Below, piece by piece: positions 31,492 through 39,974 of a stretch of DNA of 64,000 bases. The stretch covers positions 1,104 to 65,103 of the forward strand of contig DASZRD010000007.1 in assembly GCA_035549255.1 (NCBI GenBank), given 5' to 3'. Under the pieces are notes generated by a model. That model did not search any database. It worked only from the letters and a program-made list of their open reading frames with translations, and was not told where the DNA came from. Every line of letters begins with the position of its first letter. Position 1 is the stretch's first letter. The DNA comes from Minisyncoccota bacterium (GTDB lineage Bacteria; Patescibacteriota; Minisyncoccia; Phycocordibacterales; SBAW01). Made by a program: the position numbers and the translations under genes.

Positions 31492-32160
31492 TTACAGCCA
31501 GTCGATCGGCTTCTCACCGTTCTCTTCGAGATATTCGTTTGCCTTTTTGAAGTGACCATTGCCGAAGAAGCCGTGATTGGCTGAGAAGGGGCTCGGGTGC
31601 GCGCTCTCGAGCACCAAATGCTTGCTGCGGTCGATAAAGGCGCCTTTCTGACGTGCATAGTTGCCCCAGAGCATGAAGACAATATGCTCACGCTCGGTCG
31701 AGAGCGCGCGAATCGCCGCGTCGGTGAATTGCTCCCAACCTTGCCCTTGGTGAGAATTTGAAATATGCGCGCGCACCGTGAGCGACGCATTGAGAAGGAG
31801 CACTCCCTGCTCGGCCCACCGCGTGAGGTTGCCGCTGGTATGCACCATCTTCTGGCCGAACTCGGCCTCGATCTCTTTATAAATATTCTGGAGGCTGGGC
31901 GGCAGCCGCGTGCCGTCGGGTACGGAGAACGAGAGTCCCATCGCCTCGCCCTTGTTGATGTAAGGGTCCTGGCCCAGGATCACGACTTTCACTTTATCGA
32001 ACGGCGTGAGGTCGAACGCGCGAAAGATAAACTTCGCGGGCGGGTAAATAGTCGTCGTCTTATACTCTTTCTTTACGAAGTCGGTGAGCGAAATAAAATA
32101 GAGCTGCTCGAATTGGTCCGCGAGATGCTTCTTCCAAGACTCGTCGATCTTTACGTCCAT
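31492..32160 (-). CDS. ung: uracil-DNA glycosylase, family 1
   Basis: GQDPY water-activating motif and HPSPFS DNA-intercalation loop. The start was trimmed to the internal ATG (MDVKIDESW...). Confidence 0.85.
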   Translation of the reverse strand: MDVKIDESWKKHLADQFEQLYFISLTDFVKKEYKTTTIYPPAKFIFRAFDLTPFDKVKVVILGQDPYINKGEAMGLSFSVPDGTRLPPSLQNIYKEIEAEFGQKMVHTSGNLTRWAEQGVLLLNASLTVRAHISNSHQGQGWEQFTDAAIRALSTEREHIVFMLWGNYARQKGAFIDRSKHLVLESAHPSPFSANHGFFGNGHFKKANEYLEENGEKPIDWL

Positions 32161-32165
32161 GCGGA

Positions 32166-32474
32166 CTAGTATATCGCTCCTTCCTTTTTCAACAATGTGC
32201 GCTTTGCCTTCTCGCCACCGCGGTTGTAATTGCCTATTTTGCCATCGGTGCGGATCACGCGATGGCACGGGATCTTGGGATCATAATTTTTCGACATGTA
32301 GTAGCCGACCGCGCGCGAGGCTTTGGGGTTACCGGCTTTCTTGGCGACCATAGCGTAGGTCATGACAGAGCCCTTAGGAATTTTTGCGACGACCGCAAGC
32401 ACGCGCTTGCGAAATGCGGACATCTCGGCAGCTTTCTTTCCACTAGAAGAGGCTTTCTTGGACTTCGCTTTCAT
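32166..32474 (-). CDS. ogt: methylated-DNA--protein-cysteine methyltransferase, DNA-binding/active-site domain only
   Basis: 102 aa carrying the PCHRV active-site motif and the helix-turn-helix of the MGMT C-terminal domain. There is no N-terminal domain. Confidence 0.7.
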   Translation of the reverse strand: MKAKSKKASSSGKKAAEMSAFRKRVLAVVAKIPKGSVMTYAMVAKKAGNPKASRAVGYYMSKNYDPKIPCHRVIRTDGKIGNYNRGGEKAKRTLLKKEGAIY

Positions 32475-33276
32475 TTTTTTTCGCTAACTTTTTACCTACT
32501 AATGATTTCTCTTTCTTTGGTGCAGTTTTTATGAGCGTCTTCCCCGCCGCTTCGCGGTATCCGCAATAGTCGCAATTGGGGCTACGCTCCGGCGGCTCTT
32601 CCCTGAGGAGCGTTTCTTTGATTTCTGCGAGTATCGGCTCTATCCATGAATCGTCGCCCTTGCATGGGAGCGCAATCACGTCGAACTCGAGCTTGGCGTC
32701 GAAGGCTTTCGCGTCCTTCTTTCCATTTACATACACGAAGTAGCCGGTGTCGGAGACCTTGAAGCCGTTCTGGCGAAGCAGCCACTGATAGACCTCCATC
32801 TGCCGCTTATACTGCGCGCCCAGGTCGCCGTCGAGGGTCGGCGTGTCTTGCTTGGCGGTCGCCTTATAGTCGACCACGTGCAGCTCGCCCTTGTCGTTGA
32901 TCCAGATGTCGTCGACCGCGCCGAAGATAAGGAGGTTGGTCGGCTTGTGGACGAACCGCACGCCAGTGAAGTTGGCGCGCCATTCGTCCATCTTTTCGTG
33001 CGCAAAGGGCACCGCCTTGATGCCGTAGGCTTCCATCAGGGGATGCGGCGTCGAGCCCTCGCGGTGGATGTCGAATTCCTTCTTAAGCAGCGCGTCGACC
33101 GCAATGTTGAGGGTCAGCGGGAAGGAGTCGGGGCGCTTGACGCCGTAGCGCTCCTCGAGCCAGAAGCAGCGCTTGCACTTGGTGTAATTGTCGATGCGGG
33201 TGCGCGAGAGCTTGTAGGGCTCTTTACTCCCCGGCTTGAACCACAGCGACTCTTTGCGCACCGCATAGGCGAACAT
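32443..33276 (-). CDS. PD-(D/E)xK nuclease, Cas4/RecB-like with predicted Fe-S cluster (DUF83-type), no CRISPR context
   Basis: 277 aa with N-terminal CKRC, a central ...VVDYKATAK (D/ExK) core and C-terminal C...CDYC. This matches the 4-Cys Cas4/AddB-nuclease-domain arrangement. Confidence 0.55.
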   Translation of the reverse strand: MFAYAVRKESLWFKPGSKEPYKLSRTRIDNYTKCKRCFWLEERYGVKRPDSFPLTLNIAVDALLKKEFDIHREGSTPHPLMEAYGIKAVPFAHEKMDEWRANFTGVRFVHKPTNLLIFGAVDDIWINDKGELHVVDYKATAKQDTPTLDGDLGAQYKRQMEVYQWLLRQNGFKVSDTGYFVYVNGKKDAKAFDAKLEFDVIALPCKGDDSWIEPILAEIKETLLREEPPERSPNCDYCGYREAAGKTLIKTAPKKEKSLVGKKLAKKNESEVQESLF

Positions 33277-33320
33277 GCGCCTATTTTAGCGCGAGCGAGC
33301 TGATTTTCCTAATGAAGAAT

Positions 33321-33809
33321 CTATTCGCCCTTGCTGCCGTATTGTTGGCGGACGAAATTCTCGAATCGAAGTAGGATCGAGAAGATACCGAGCGCAAGAA
33401 TGGTCGAGACGAAGGCGAGAAGATAGAGGCCGAACCCGCACGCCATGCCGATGCCCGCCGCGACCCAGATACCGGTTGCGGTCGTAAGCTCGGCATGTGT
33501 GTCGCCGCCGCGCAGAGCCGAGAGGCCCGCGCCGATGAACCCGATGCCGATCACTATCGAGCCGGCTATCTGAAGCGGATTGACGCCCGAGAAGAACGAC
33601 AACTCAACGCTTGAGAGTGTCCCCAATATGACGAAGAGGCACGAGCCGAGCGATACCAGCGCGTAGGTGCGCATACCGGCATGTTTTCCCGCAATGCTTC
33701 GTTCAAGCCCCAGGAGCGCTCCCAGCGCGGCTGCTGCCGCAAGCGCCATGAGGTATTGGGATTCCTGGAGCGGCAGCGAACTTACGGTTGAGAGCGTATC
33801 AAGGTTCAT
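33321..33809 (-). CDS. MgtC/SapB family membrane protein
   Basis: GLERSIAGKHAGMRTYALV...IAGSIVIGIGFIGAG...TTATGIWVAAGIGMACG matches the MgtC family. The start was trimmed to an internal ATG to avoid overlap with the upstream gene. Confidence 0.7.
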   Translation of the reverse strand: MNLDTLSTVSSLPLQESQYLMALAAAAALGALLGLERSIAGKHAGMRTYALVSLGSCLFVILGTLSSVELSFFSGVNPLQIAGSIVIGIGFIGAGLSALRGGDTHAELTTATGIWVAAGIGMACGFGLYLLAFVSTILALGIFSILLRFENFVRQQYGSKGE

Positions 33810-33825
33810 GTGTGCGAGACGGCTT

Positions 33826-34560
33826 TTATTGCGCAGTGAAGCTGTACCAGACCGGCTTGCCGTCGGAGCCGACAAGCTGCTGGTCACCATGGAGCGAGAA
33901 TACGCGGTCTCCGCTGTCGACGCTCTCGCCAACGAAGTAAGTCTGACCCGCGGTTGTCGCGCGCAGCAGGCTTACCGTGCCACCATTGCCGTTGCTTTCC
34001 GGGAAGAAGAGCGTAGCGCCTAATGCGCGGCCCGGCGCGCCGTTCATGGAGTCATACACGACGATCCATGTCGGCTGCGGGACGTTTATCTTGGCGATCG
34101 CGACCGAGAGCCCTGCGGATTGAGGGGATACGACCGTGAGGCCGCCTGTTGAGGAGCCGGTAGTCGGCACGCCGGTCATGTCGGTGCCGCTGTCGGTCGA
34201 GCTTCCCATCATCTGGTCGGTGCTGGTGGCGGTACCCGACGTGCTGCCGTTGCCCCAGGTCAGCCATGCGCCGACAAGAAGCACCAGTACGACGACCGCT
34301 CCGACAATAAGCGCCAGCCGGCGCGAAGAGTCCGGAGTATCCGCCGTATTTTTTTTCATCGCGGCAGGAGCGGACACTGGTTTTGGCTGCGCGGGCTTCG
34401 CACTTGCGGGCATTGCACCCGGCACAGTTGAAACGGGCTTCGCCTGCGGTTGAGCGCCGCTCGAAGGGGGCATGGACCATGACAGGCCTCCCTGCTTGGG
34501 AGCGCCGCCGCCCGCATTGTTACTAGAAGAGCCCGGGGATGTAGGATTGGTATCTGCCAT
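33826..34560 (-). CDS. hypothetical membrane-anchored exported protein
   Basis: 244 aa with a Pro/Ala-rich N-terminus, one TM helix and a Ser/Thr/Gly-rich linker followed by a ~110-aa beta-rich C-terminal domain. Confidence 0.45.
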   Translation of the reverse strand: MADTNPTSPGSSSNNAGGGAPKQGGLSWSMPPSSGAQPQAKPVSTVPGAMPASAKPAQPKPVSAPAAMKKNTADTPDSSRRLALIVGAVVVLVLLVGAWLTWGNGSTSGTATSTDQMMGSSTDSGTDMTGVPTTGSSTGGLTVVSPQSAGLSVAIAKINVPQPTWIVVYDSMNGAPGRALGATLFFPESNGNGGTVSLLRATTAGQTYFVGESVDSGDRVFSLHGDQQLVGSDGKPVWYSFTAQ

Positions 34561-34610
34561 ACAGTTGTATCAAAAGACTTTGCTAATAAGCGCCCATCCC
34601 AGTTGCTTAA

Positions 34611-35420
34611 TCATATACCCACTCCCGGCACGCACAATGCGCCGACCTCCTCAAGCACTTCATCGGCATGGCCGCCGCTGACGCCGCTGCGCATAAGCGC
34701 ATCAGTATTATCGGGCACGGCTTTGCAAAGAACGATTCTCTCGCTCAACAAAGCCGTTTTTTCGTTATGCGAAAGGGTGGTGAGCGCGGTTATGGGGTAG
34801 AGCCCCGCACGATCGATCCGCTCGTGGAGGGTGCGCCCCTGGGGATAATCCCAGGAGAGGAGCTCGAGCCCCGCGCAGGTCGAATACTCGATCGCCTTAT
34901 CGGTAAACTTGGTATTGGTAACTACGAGCCCCCTTCCCTTGCCGATGTCGTCGACGCGCGCCTTTACGTAAAGCACTGTTTTGAGGTCGGTCTTGAATCC
35001 CGCAGCGTTGTGGAACTTCGCTTCCGCATATACGATGTCGTTCCCCCTGCTGATCACGACGTCGACTTCGTGCTCGACGCACTTGCCTTTGATGATCTGA
35101 TCGACCCTTGTCTCGTATCCTTCTGCTTTGTAGAGTTCGGCGATGAAAGACTCGAACGGAAAGCCCGACGGCCCGAAGTCGAGCACCGCCCGCTTGAGGC
35201 TATAGCGCGCCGCGATCGCGTGGCGGTGCTCGCGCAGCCGCGCGAACGCGCGCGAGTAGATCTCCTGCGTCGTGATGCCGTCGTGGAGTTCCTTGGCGAT
35301 ATCGTCCGCCACGCCCTTGGCGATATCGGGCGCGGCGCCCGCGCGCCTGAGCGAATCGACCAGCTTGCGTTCGTCGAATGGCTCTTGGGTGCCGTCTGCT
35401 TTAGCGATGCGTATGGTCAT
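34611..35420 (-). CDS. ATP-cone domain protein fused to Mrr-type (PD-(D/E)xK) restriction-endonuclease-like domain
   Basis: The N-terminal ~90 aa is an ATP-cone (IRKRDGT...FD..KI pattern). The C-terminal domain (FESFIAELYKAEGY...HEVDVVI...YAEAKFH) fits the Mrr_cat fold. Its start overlaps the mnmA stop by 4 nt. Confidence 0.55.
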   Translation of the reverse strand: MTIRIAKADGTQEPFDERKLVDSLRRAGAAPDIAKGVADDIAKELHDGITTQEIYSRAFARLREHRHAIAARYSLKRAVLDFGPSGFPFESFIAELYKAEGYETRVDQIIKGKCVEHEVDVVISRGNDIVYAEAKFHNAAGFKTDLKTVLYVKARVDDIGKGRGLVVTNTKFTDKAIEYSTCAGLELLSWDYPQGRTLHERIDRAGLYPITALTTLSHNEKTALLSERIVLCKAVPDNTDALMRSGVSGGHADEVLEEVGALCVPGVGI

Positions 35421-36529
35421 GCCTCCAGTGTAGCACTCTTGATATTGCCGCCGCCGAGGCAGCGCTCGCCCTGATAGAGCACGAGGGACTGGCCGAGCGG
35501 CATGTAGTGCGGCTCGAGAAGCTCAACTTCCGCTCCGCGATCGGTCATTGAAATGATTCTCGCATCGATTAATTCTTGCCGATACCGATAGCGTGCCTTG
35601 CAGCTTCCTTGCGACACGCTCCCGATCCAATTCGCATCATGCAGGGCCACGCGCGTCGCCGCGGCATCGCGGGGAAATTTCGATTCCGAGACTGTGATCG
35701 TGTTACGTTCGATATCTTTGGCGATCACGTACAGCGGCTTCGCGTCGGAAACCGCGTGGAACAGCGAGAAACCGTGCCGCTGCCCGAGCGTATAGAGCGC
35801 GGCGCCGTCGTGGCGGCCGATTGCTTCGCCCGTCTCGCTCAACACATCGCCGGGCGCGACCGTCATTTCACGCTGCAGCATATCGCCGATCGATATATCG
35901 CCGAGGAAGCAGAGCCCTTGGCTGTCGTGTCGCGCGGCGTTCGGGAGCCCGAACTTCCCGGCAAGCATGCGGACCTCGGGCTTAGTCAGATTTCCAACAG
36001 GAAACATGACTTTCCGCAGATGCGTTTCAGGAACTGCCCACAGAAAATACGATTGGTCCTTGTTTTTATCGGCACTTACGAAGAGCTGCCCGTCACGGAT
36101 TTGCGCGTAGTGTCCGGTCGCGACATACTCCGCGCCGCGCGAGATGCAGAAGTCGTAGAAGACGCCGAACTTGATCTTCTCGTTGCAGAGCGTATCGGGA
36201 TTGGGGGTCAGGCCCCGTTTCCACTCCTCGATCGAAGGGCGGAATACGTGATACTCGTACTCGCGCGAGAGGTCGACTTCGATAAACGGGATATCAAGAT
36301 GCGCTGCCACGCGCATCGCCTCGATGCGGTCGCGCGCTGCGGGGCATGGATAACCTCGAATTTGGATTTTGATGAATACGCCTGTTACATCCCAGCCGCC
36401 GCGCTTTAGAAGCGCGGCGGCTGTAGCGGAATCGACCCCGCCGGAAAGGCCGACAAATATGCGATTATTGCGCCTCGAGCGTCGTTGAGGCTGTTGAAGA
36501 TGCGCTTGTCGTATCGGTTGAGGGAGCAT
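35417..36529 (-). CDS. mnmA: tRNA-specific 2-thiouridylase MnmA
   Basis: PP-loop VGLSGGVDSA, catalytic cysteines and the MnmA central/C-terminal domains. The N-terminus is probably shorter than the track ORF. Confidence 0.85.
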   Translation of the reverse strand: MLPQPIRQAHLQQPQRRSRRNNRIFVGLSGGVDSATAAALLKRGGWDVTGVFIKIQIRGYPCPAARDRIEAMRVAAHLDIPFIEVDLSREYEYHVFRPSIEEWKRGLTPNPDTLCNEKIKFGVFYDFCISRGAEYVATGHYAQIRDGQLFVSADKNKDQSYFLWAVPETHLRKVMFPVGNLTKPEVRMLAGKFGLPNAARHDSQGLCFLGDISIGDMLQREMTVAPGDVLSETGEAIGRHDGAALYTLGQRHGFSLFHAVSDAKPLYVIAKDIERNTITVSESKFPRDAAATRVALHDANWIGSVSQGSCKARYRYRQELIDARIISMTDRGAEVELLEPHYMPLGQSLVLYQGERCLGGGNIKSATLEA

Positions 36530-37133
36530 TGTCGGTGGGAAGAATCTGAATAGTATTGTTTTGATCGGCCGGCGCCTGCTCTTCCTGCACCGCCGGCTGC
36601 GGAAGGCCGAGCCCCACCATACTCAGGATAGATCCAAAGTTCAAGAAGGCATACGCACCGCCTGCGAGAATGAGCAGTAGTATAACGAGAATGATGACCC
36701 ACTTTATCCATCCACCACGGCGCTTCACGCCAGGTACGGTCGTAATTTCTGACATGGCTGGCATAGATGCCGGTCGTTGACCCATCATAGGAGCACTCAT
36801 CGGACGATTCATCATCGGGTTCATGCCTTGACCTATCGGTGCCGCATTCATAGGCTGCATGGGTTGCGACATAGGTTGGCCCATAGGCTGGATTGGCTGC
36901 TGCATAGGCATGCCCATCGGAGGAGGCGTTACAGCGCGAGGAGCTGGAGCAACGGGGGCGGGCGCAGGCGGCGGAGGGGTCGGCGGCTTTTGCACGCCAT
37001 CAATCGCCATAAAGGCTTCGGTAACGTCGCCCGGCGTCCAGCCGCCGGCCGCGAGCGCTTGGGTAATCACCTCTTTGGAGAGGCCTGCGGCGCGCTGTGC
37101 GCGCACGTACTCGAGGAGTTGTGGATTGATCAT
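36465..37133 (-). CDS. hypothetical membrane protein with Pro/Met-rich low-complexity region
   Basis: 222 aa with a helical N-terminal domain, a PxPM repeat-rich linker, one TM helix and a short Thr/Ser-rich tail. Confidence 0.4.
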   Translation of the reverse strand: MINPQLLEYVRAQRAAGLSKEVITQALAAGGWTPGDVTEAFMAIDGVQKPPTPPPPAPAPVAPAPRAVTPPPMGMPMQQPIQPMGQPMSQPMQPMNAAPIGQGMNPMMNRPMSAPMMGQRPASMPAMSEITTVPGVKRRGGWIKWVIILVILLLILAGGAYAFLNFGSILSMVGLGLPQPAVQEEQAPADQNNTIQILPTDNAPSTDTTSASSTASTTLEAQ

Positions 37134-37182
37134 ACGACTGTATTATCGCACGCTTTTTTGGCCCGTCTATCCCCTATCCCCA

Positions 37183-38187
37183 CTAGTCGCCCAGGTACTT
37201 CACCTTCGCCGCAAGATGTTGGTCATACGTGGCGCTGTAATGGAACGTGCCGTTCTTGTCGGAGAGATAATACAAATAGCTCGTGCTGATCGGCGTCACT
37301 GCGGCGAGTATCGCGTCGAGGCCGGGGTTCGCAATAGGCCCAGGCGGCAGCCCTTTGTGCGTATAGGTATTGTAGGGCGAATCGACTTTGAGATCCTGCG
37401 CGGTGAGGTCGAGCGAGTTCTTACCGATGATATATGGGAAGACTGCGTCGACCTGGAGCGGCATGCCGAGCTTAATGCGCTTCCAGAGAATCCCCGCGAT
37501 GATGCGGCGGTCCTGCGTGTCGGGCGCCTCGCGCTCGAGCAGCGATGCCATGATGATGACATCGGAAAGCGGCTTCCCGAACGCGTCGATTTGTTTTTGG
37601 ATGCTCGCGATGTGGGTCGAGAAGTTGTTGGAGAATGCCCCAAGTATCTCCTGCGTCGTCTCTCCCGGCATAAAGAAGTACGTATCCGGAAAAAGGTAGC
37701 CCTCCTTCCCCGACGTCTCGCGCTCAAATTCGGACAGGTTGAAGCCGGGTATGGCTTTCGCGAGGCCATTGGCGATATCCTGTACCGTCGCGCCCTCGGC
37801 AACGCGCACGCGCGCGGGAGTTATCTCGAAATCGCCGCTCCCAAGCCGCAGGGCCACGCGCAGGACTGCGGCCTTGCCAGGGAAGAAGTATTCTCCCGCG
37901 ATGACGTGCCGCTCAGCGCCGAACACCCTGACCAATATCTCAAACGCGATCTCCGAGCGGATGATGCCGCGCCCCTTGAGCGTTGCCGCGGCCTGCGAAA
38001 GCGTGGTCCCCTGGGGGATATCGACGTATGCTCCCACCGGGAAGTTAAACGGCGCCCCAATGCAAGTAAAGTACGCAAAGAGCGCGGCGACGGTCACGCC
38101 CGCTGCCCAGCGCCAAGGCTGCCGCCTGACCGAGCGGCGCACGCGCGAAAAACTTCTTAATAGTATTCGTCGAAGAGATGAAAGCAT
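37183..38187 (-). CDS. mltG: endolytic murein transglycosylase MltG (YceG family)
   Basis: N-terminal TM helix and a YceG domain with a conserved catalytic Glu region. The internal ATG start shares its first nucleotide with the upstream stop codon (TGATG). Confidence 0.8.
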   Translation of the reverse strand: MLSSLRRILLRSFSRVRRSVRRQPWRWAAGVTVAALFAYFTCIGAPFNFPVGAYVDIPQGTTLSQAAATLKGRGIIRSEIAFEILVRVFGAERHVIAGEYFFPGKAAVLRVALRLGSGDFEITPARVRVAEGATVQDIANGLAKAIPGFNLSEFERETSGKEGYLFPDTYFFMPGETTQEILGAFSNNFSTHIASIQKQIDAFGKPLSDVIIMASLLEREAPDTQDRRIIAGILWKRIKLGMPLQVDAVFPYIIGKNSLDLTAQDLKVDSPYNTYTHKGLPPGPIANPGLDAILAAVTPISTSYLYYLSDKNGTFHYSATYDQHLAAKVKYLGD

Positions 38188-39560
38188 CAGCGGGTGAGCG
38201 TATCGGGCGTCACGGGAAGGTTGCCGGGCGCCTCCGCGCGCTTGGCGGCCACGCGCTCGAGCCCCGGCGGCTGCACTTTGGAATTCGGGAAGTGCCACAG
38301 GGTCGCCAGCTCCTCGGTCGACATGAATATCGGCACCTGGTCGTACGGCACGTAGAAGTACGCGCGCTCGCGGTAATAAAAGTACATCTGCTTCTTGATA
38401 AGATTCTTGCGGACATCGCCGTAATCCTGCCAGGGATACTCGAAGATAGAGAGCCCGCGCGCCGGCATGATCGAGTTCATGTCATTGGAGCGCACGGGGT
38501 TGAAGAGAAGCACGAGGGAGCCGATATTGACCGGGTTAAACTTCCCCTTCTTGGCGATATAGAGCGCGCGTATGCCGCATTCGAAGGTAAGCTTGCCCAT
38601 ATTCCGCTCGATCGCCTCGATCTCGTTGCGCTCGCCTATCGTGAGCGTCCCTCCGCGCGCGTTGTCTTCCTCGACAATCGAGGCCGTGCGCTTGGCGGCA
38701 TTGGCGAAGATGCCTTCTATCGCCTTCTTGCCGCCGTCCTTGTACGAATCATGTAGGTTATCATACAGGCCGTACCATTCGTCTTTCTTGCGGGCCTTGG
38801 CGATGATCTGCATCCAGAGATATTCCCCCGGCCCGATGTGCGAGAAGTGCTCGAGCATATTGGAAAGCGGATCGATCTGGATTTCAGGCGTATCTGGATT
38901 CTTGTCGAGCTGATAATCAAGGTAGGTCTTGATAGGGATCGCACCCGGACCGGTCTTCGTATATTCGGTACCCCACATATCGTAGTCGTCATTATTAAAC
39001 GGCACCTTCGACGTGTAGTCCTCTATTTCGGTTATCTTCGCTTCAGGGAATTGCCCGTAGAGACGCGCCTCGATCACGTTGCGCCACGCCTTCCGCAGAT
39101 GGAGGTAGTAGCTGACCCGCCCCTCGTTGCTTGCGATCTCCAGGCTCCATATGGCGCGGAAGGCGCCCTTCCATACGCGGGCGATAATCGTGCCTTCTCC
39201 GCCGGAGTTATTGAGCGCATTGAGGAACAGCTCCATCGCGAGCGGGGATTTCTCGACTTCGGGCGGAAGCTGCACTTCAAGTAGGATCATTTCTTGCGAG
39301 AATAAAAATTGGAAGCGCACATATTCGATCCAGCTCGTCCAGAAGAACGTCGCTAGGAAGATCGGCACCCACACGGGCGAGATCGCCACGACGCCGGTCG
39401 CAACGGCCTTGACCGCCGCCGGGTCGATCGTGACCGCGGCCATAAACAGGAGTATGAAGGCGACCGGCGCCAGGAAGACTGCCTCTATGTGCCAGCCGTT
39501 GAGGCCGTAGGGCTTCTTGGTACTGTTGGCGATATCTTCCGCCAATTGGTGCAGGGGCAT
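38187..39560 (-). CDS. hypothetical protein, N-terminal 2-TM anchor plus ~380-aa domain of unknown function
   Basis: 457 aa with no recognisable catalytic or binding motif. It is translationally coupled to mltG downstream. Confidence 0.5.
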   Translation of the reverse strand: MPLHQLAEDIANSTKKPYGLNGWHIEAVFLAPVAFILLFMAAVTIDPAAVKAVATGVVAISPVWVPIFLATFFWTSWIEYVRFQFLFSQEMILLEVQLPPEVEKSPLAMELFLNALNNSGGEGTIIARVWKGAFRAIWSLEIASNEGRVSYYLHLRKAWRNVIEARLYGQFPEAKITEIEDYTSKVPFNNDDYDMWGTEYTKTGPGAIPIKTYLDYQLDKNPDTPEIQIDPLSNMLEHFSHIGPGEYLWMQIIAKARKKDEWYGLYDNLHDSYKDGGKKAIEGIFANAAKRTASIVEEDNARGGTLTIGERNEIEAIERNMGKLTFECGIRALYIAKKGKFNPVNIGSLVLLFNPVRSNDMNSIMPARGLSIFEYPWQDYGDVRKNLIKKQMYFYYRERAYFYVPYDQVPIFMSTEELATLWHFPNSKVQPPGLERVAAKRAEAPGNLPVTPDTLTR

Positions 39561-39606
39561 GGCAGCTTCTATTGTAAAGCATGGTGTATAGTATACCTAC
39601 CGACCC

Positions 39607-39972
39607 ATGTTGATTGACACGATCGTATCGCACCCTTACTCCGACCTTGTCGTACTCATGACCTTCTTCGGTGCGCTCTCGTTCGTCACCTTCCTGCGCG
39701 GCCTCCTCACAGGGCTGCCGCATCTCTTTACGATCAATGTGCATGCCGAGCACCTCGAGCACTCGCGCGTCTACGTCGTATGGGGCGTCCTGCTCCTAGC
39801 ATGGCTCTTCATGCTCTGGGAGGGCATCCGCGTCGTAACGGCCTTCTTCGAAGGACAGGTCCTCCCTGGCAACCTCACGGTCATCTGCTCAGTCTTGGGC
39901 CTTGTTGGCCTCGCGATACTTGCCTCGATGTTTATTCCGACGAAAAAGGCCGCCGGGAGCGGCGGCCATTAG
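39607..39972 (+). CDS. hypothetical small membrane protein
   Basis: 121 aa with 3-4 hydrophobic helices. It is one of the few plus-strand ORFs not antisense to another gene, sitting in a 414-bp gap between minus-strand genes. Confidence 0.35.
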   Translation: MLIDTIVSHPYSDLVVLMTFFGALSFVTFLRGLLTGLPHLFTINVHAEHLEHSRVYVVWGVLLLAWLFMLWEGIRVVTAFFEGQVLPGNLTVICSVLGLVGLAILASMFIPTKKAAGSGGH

Positions 39973-39974
39973 CT

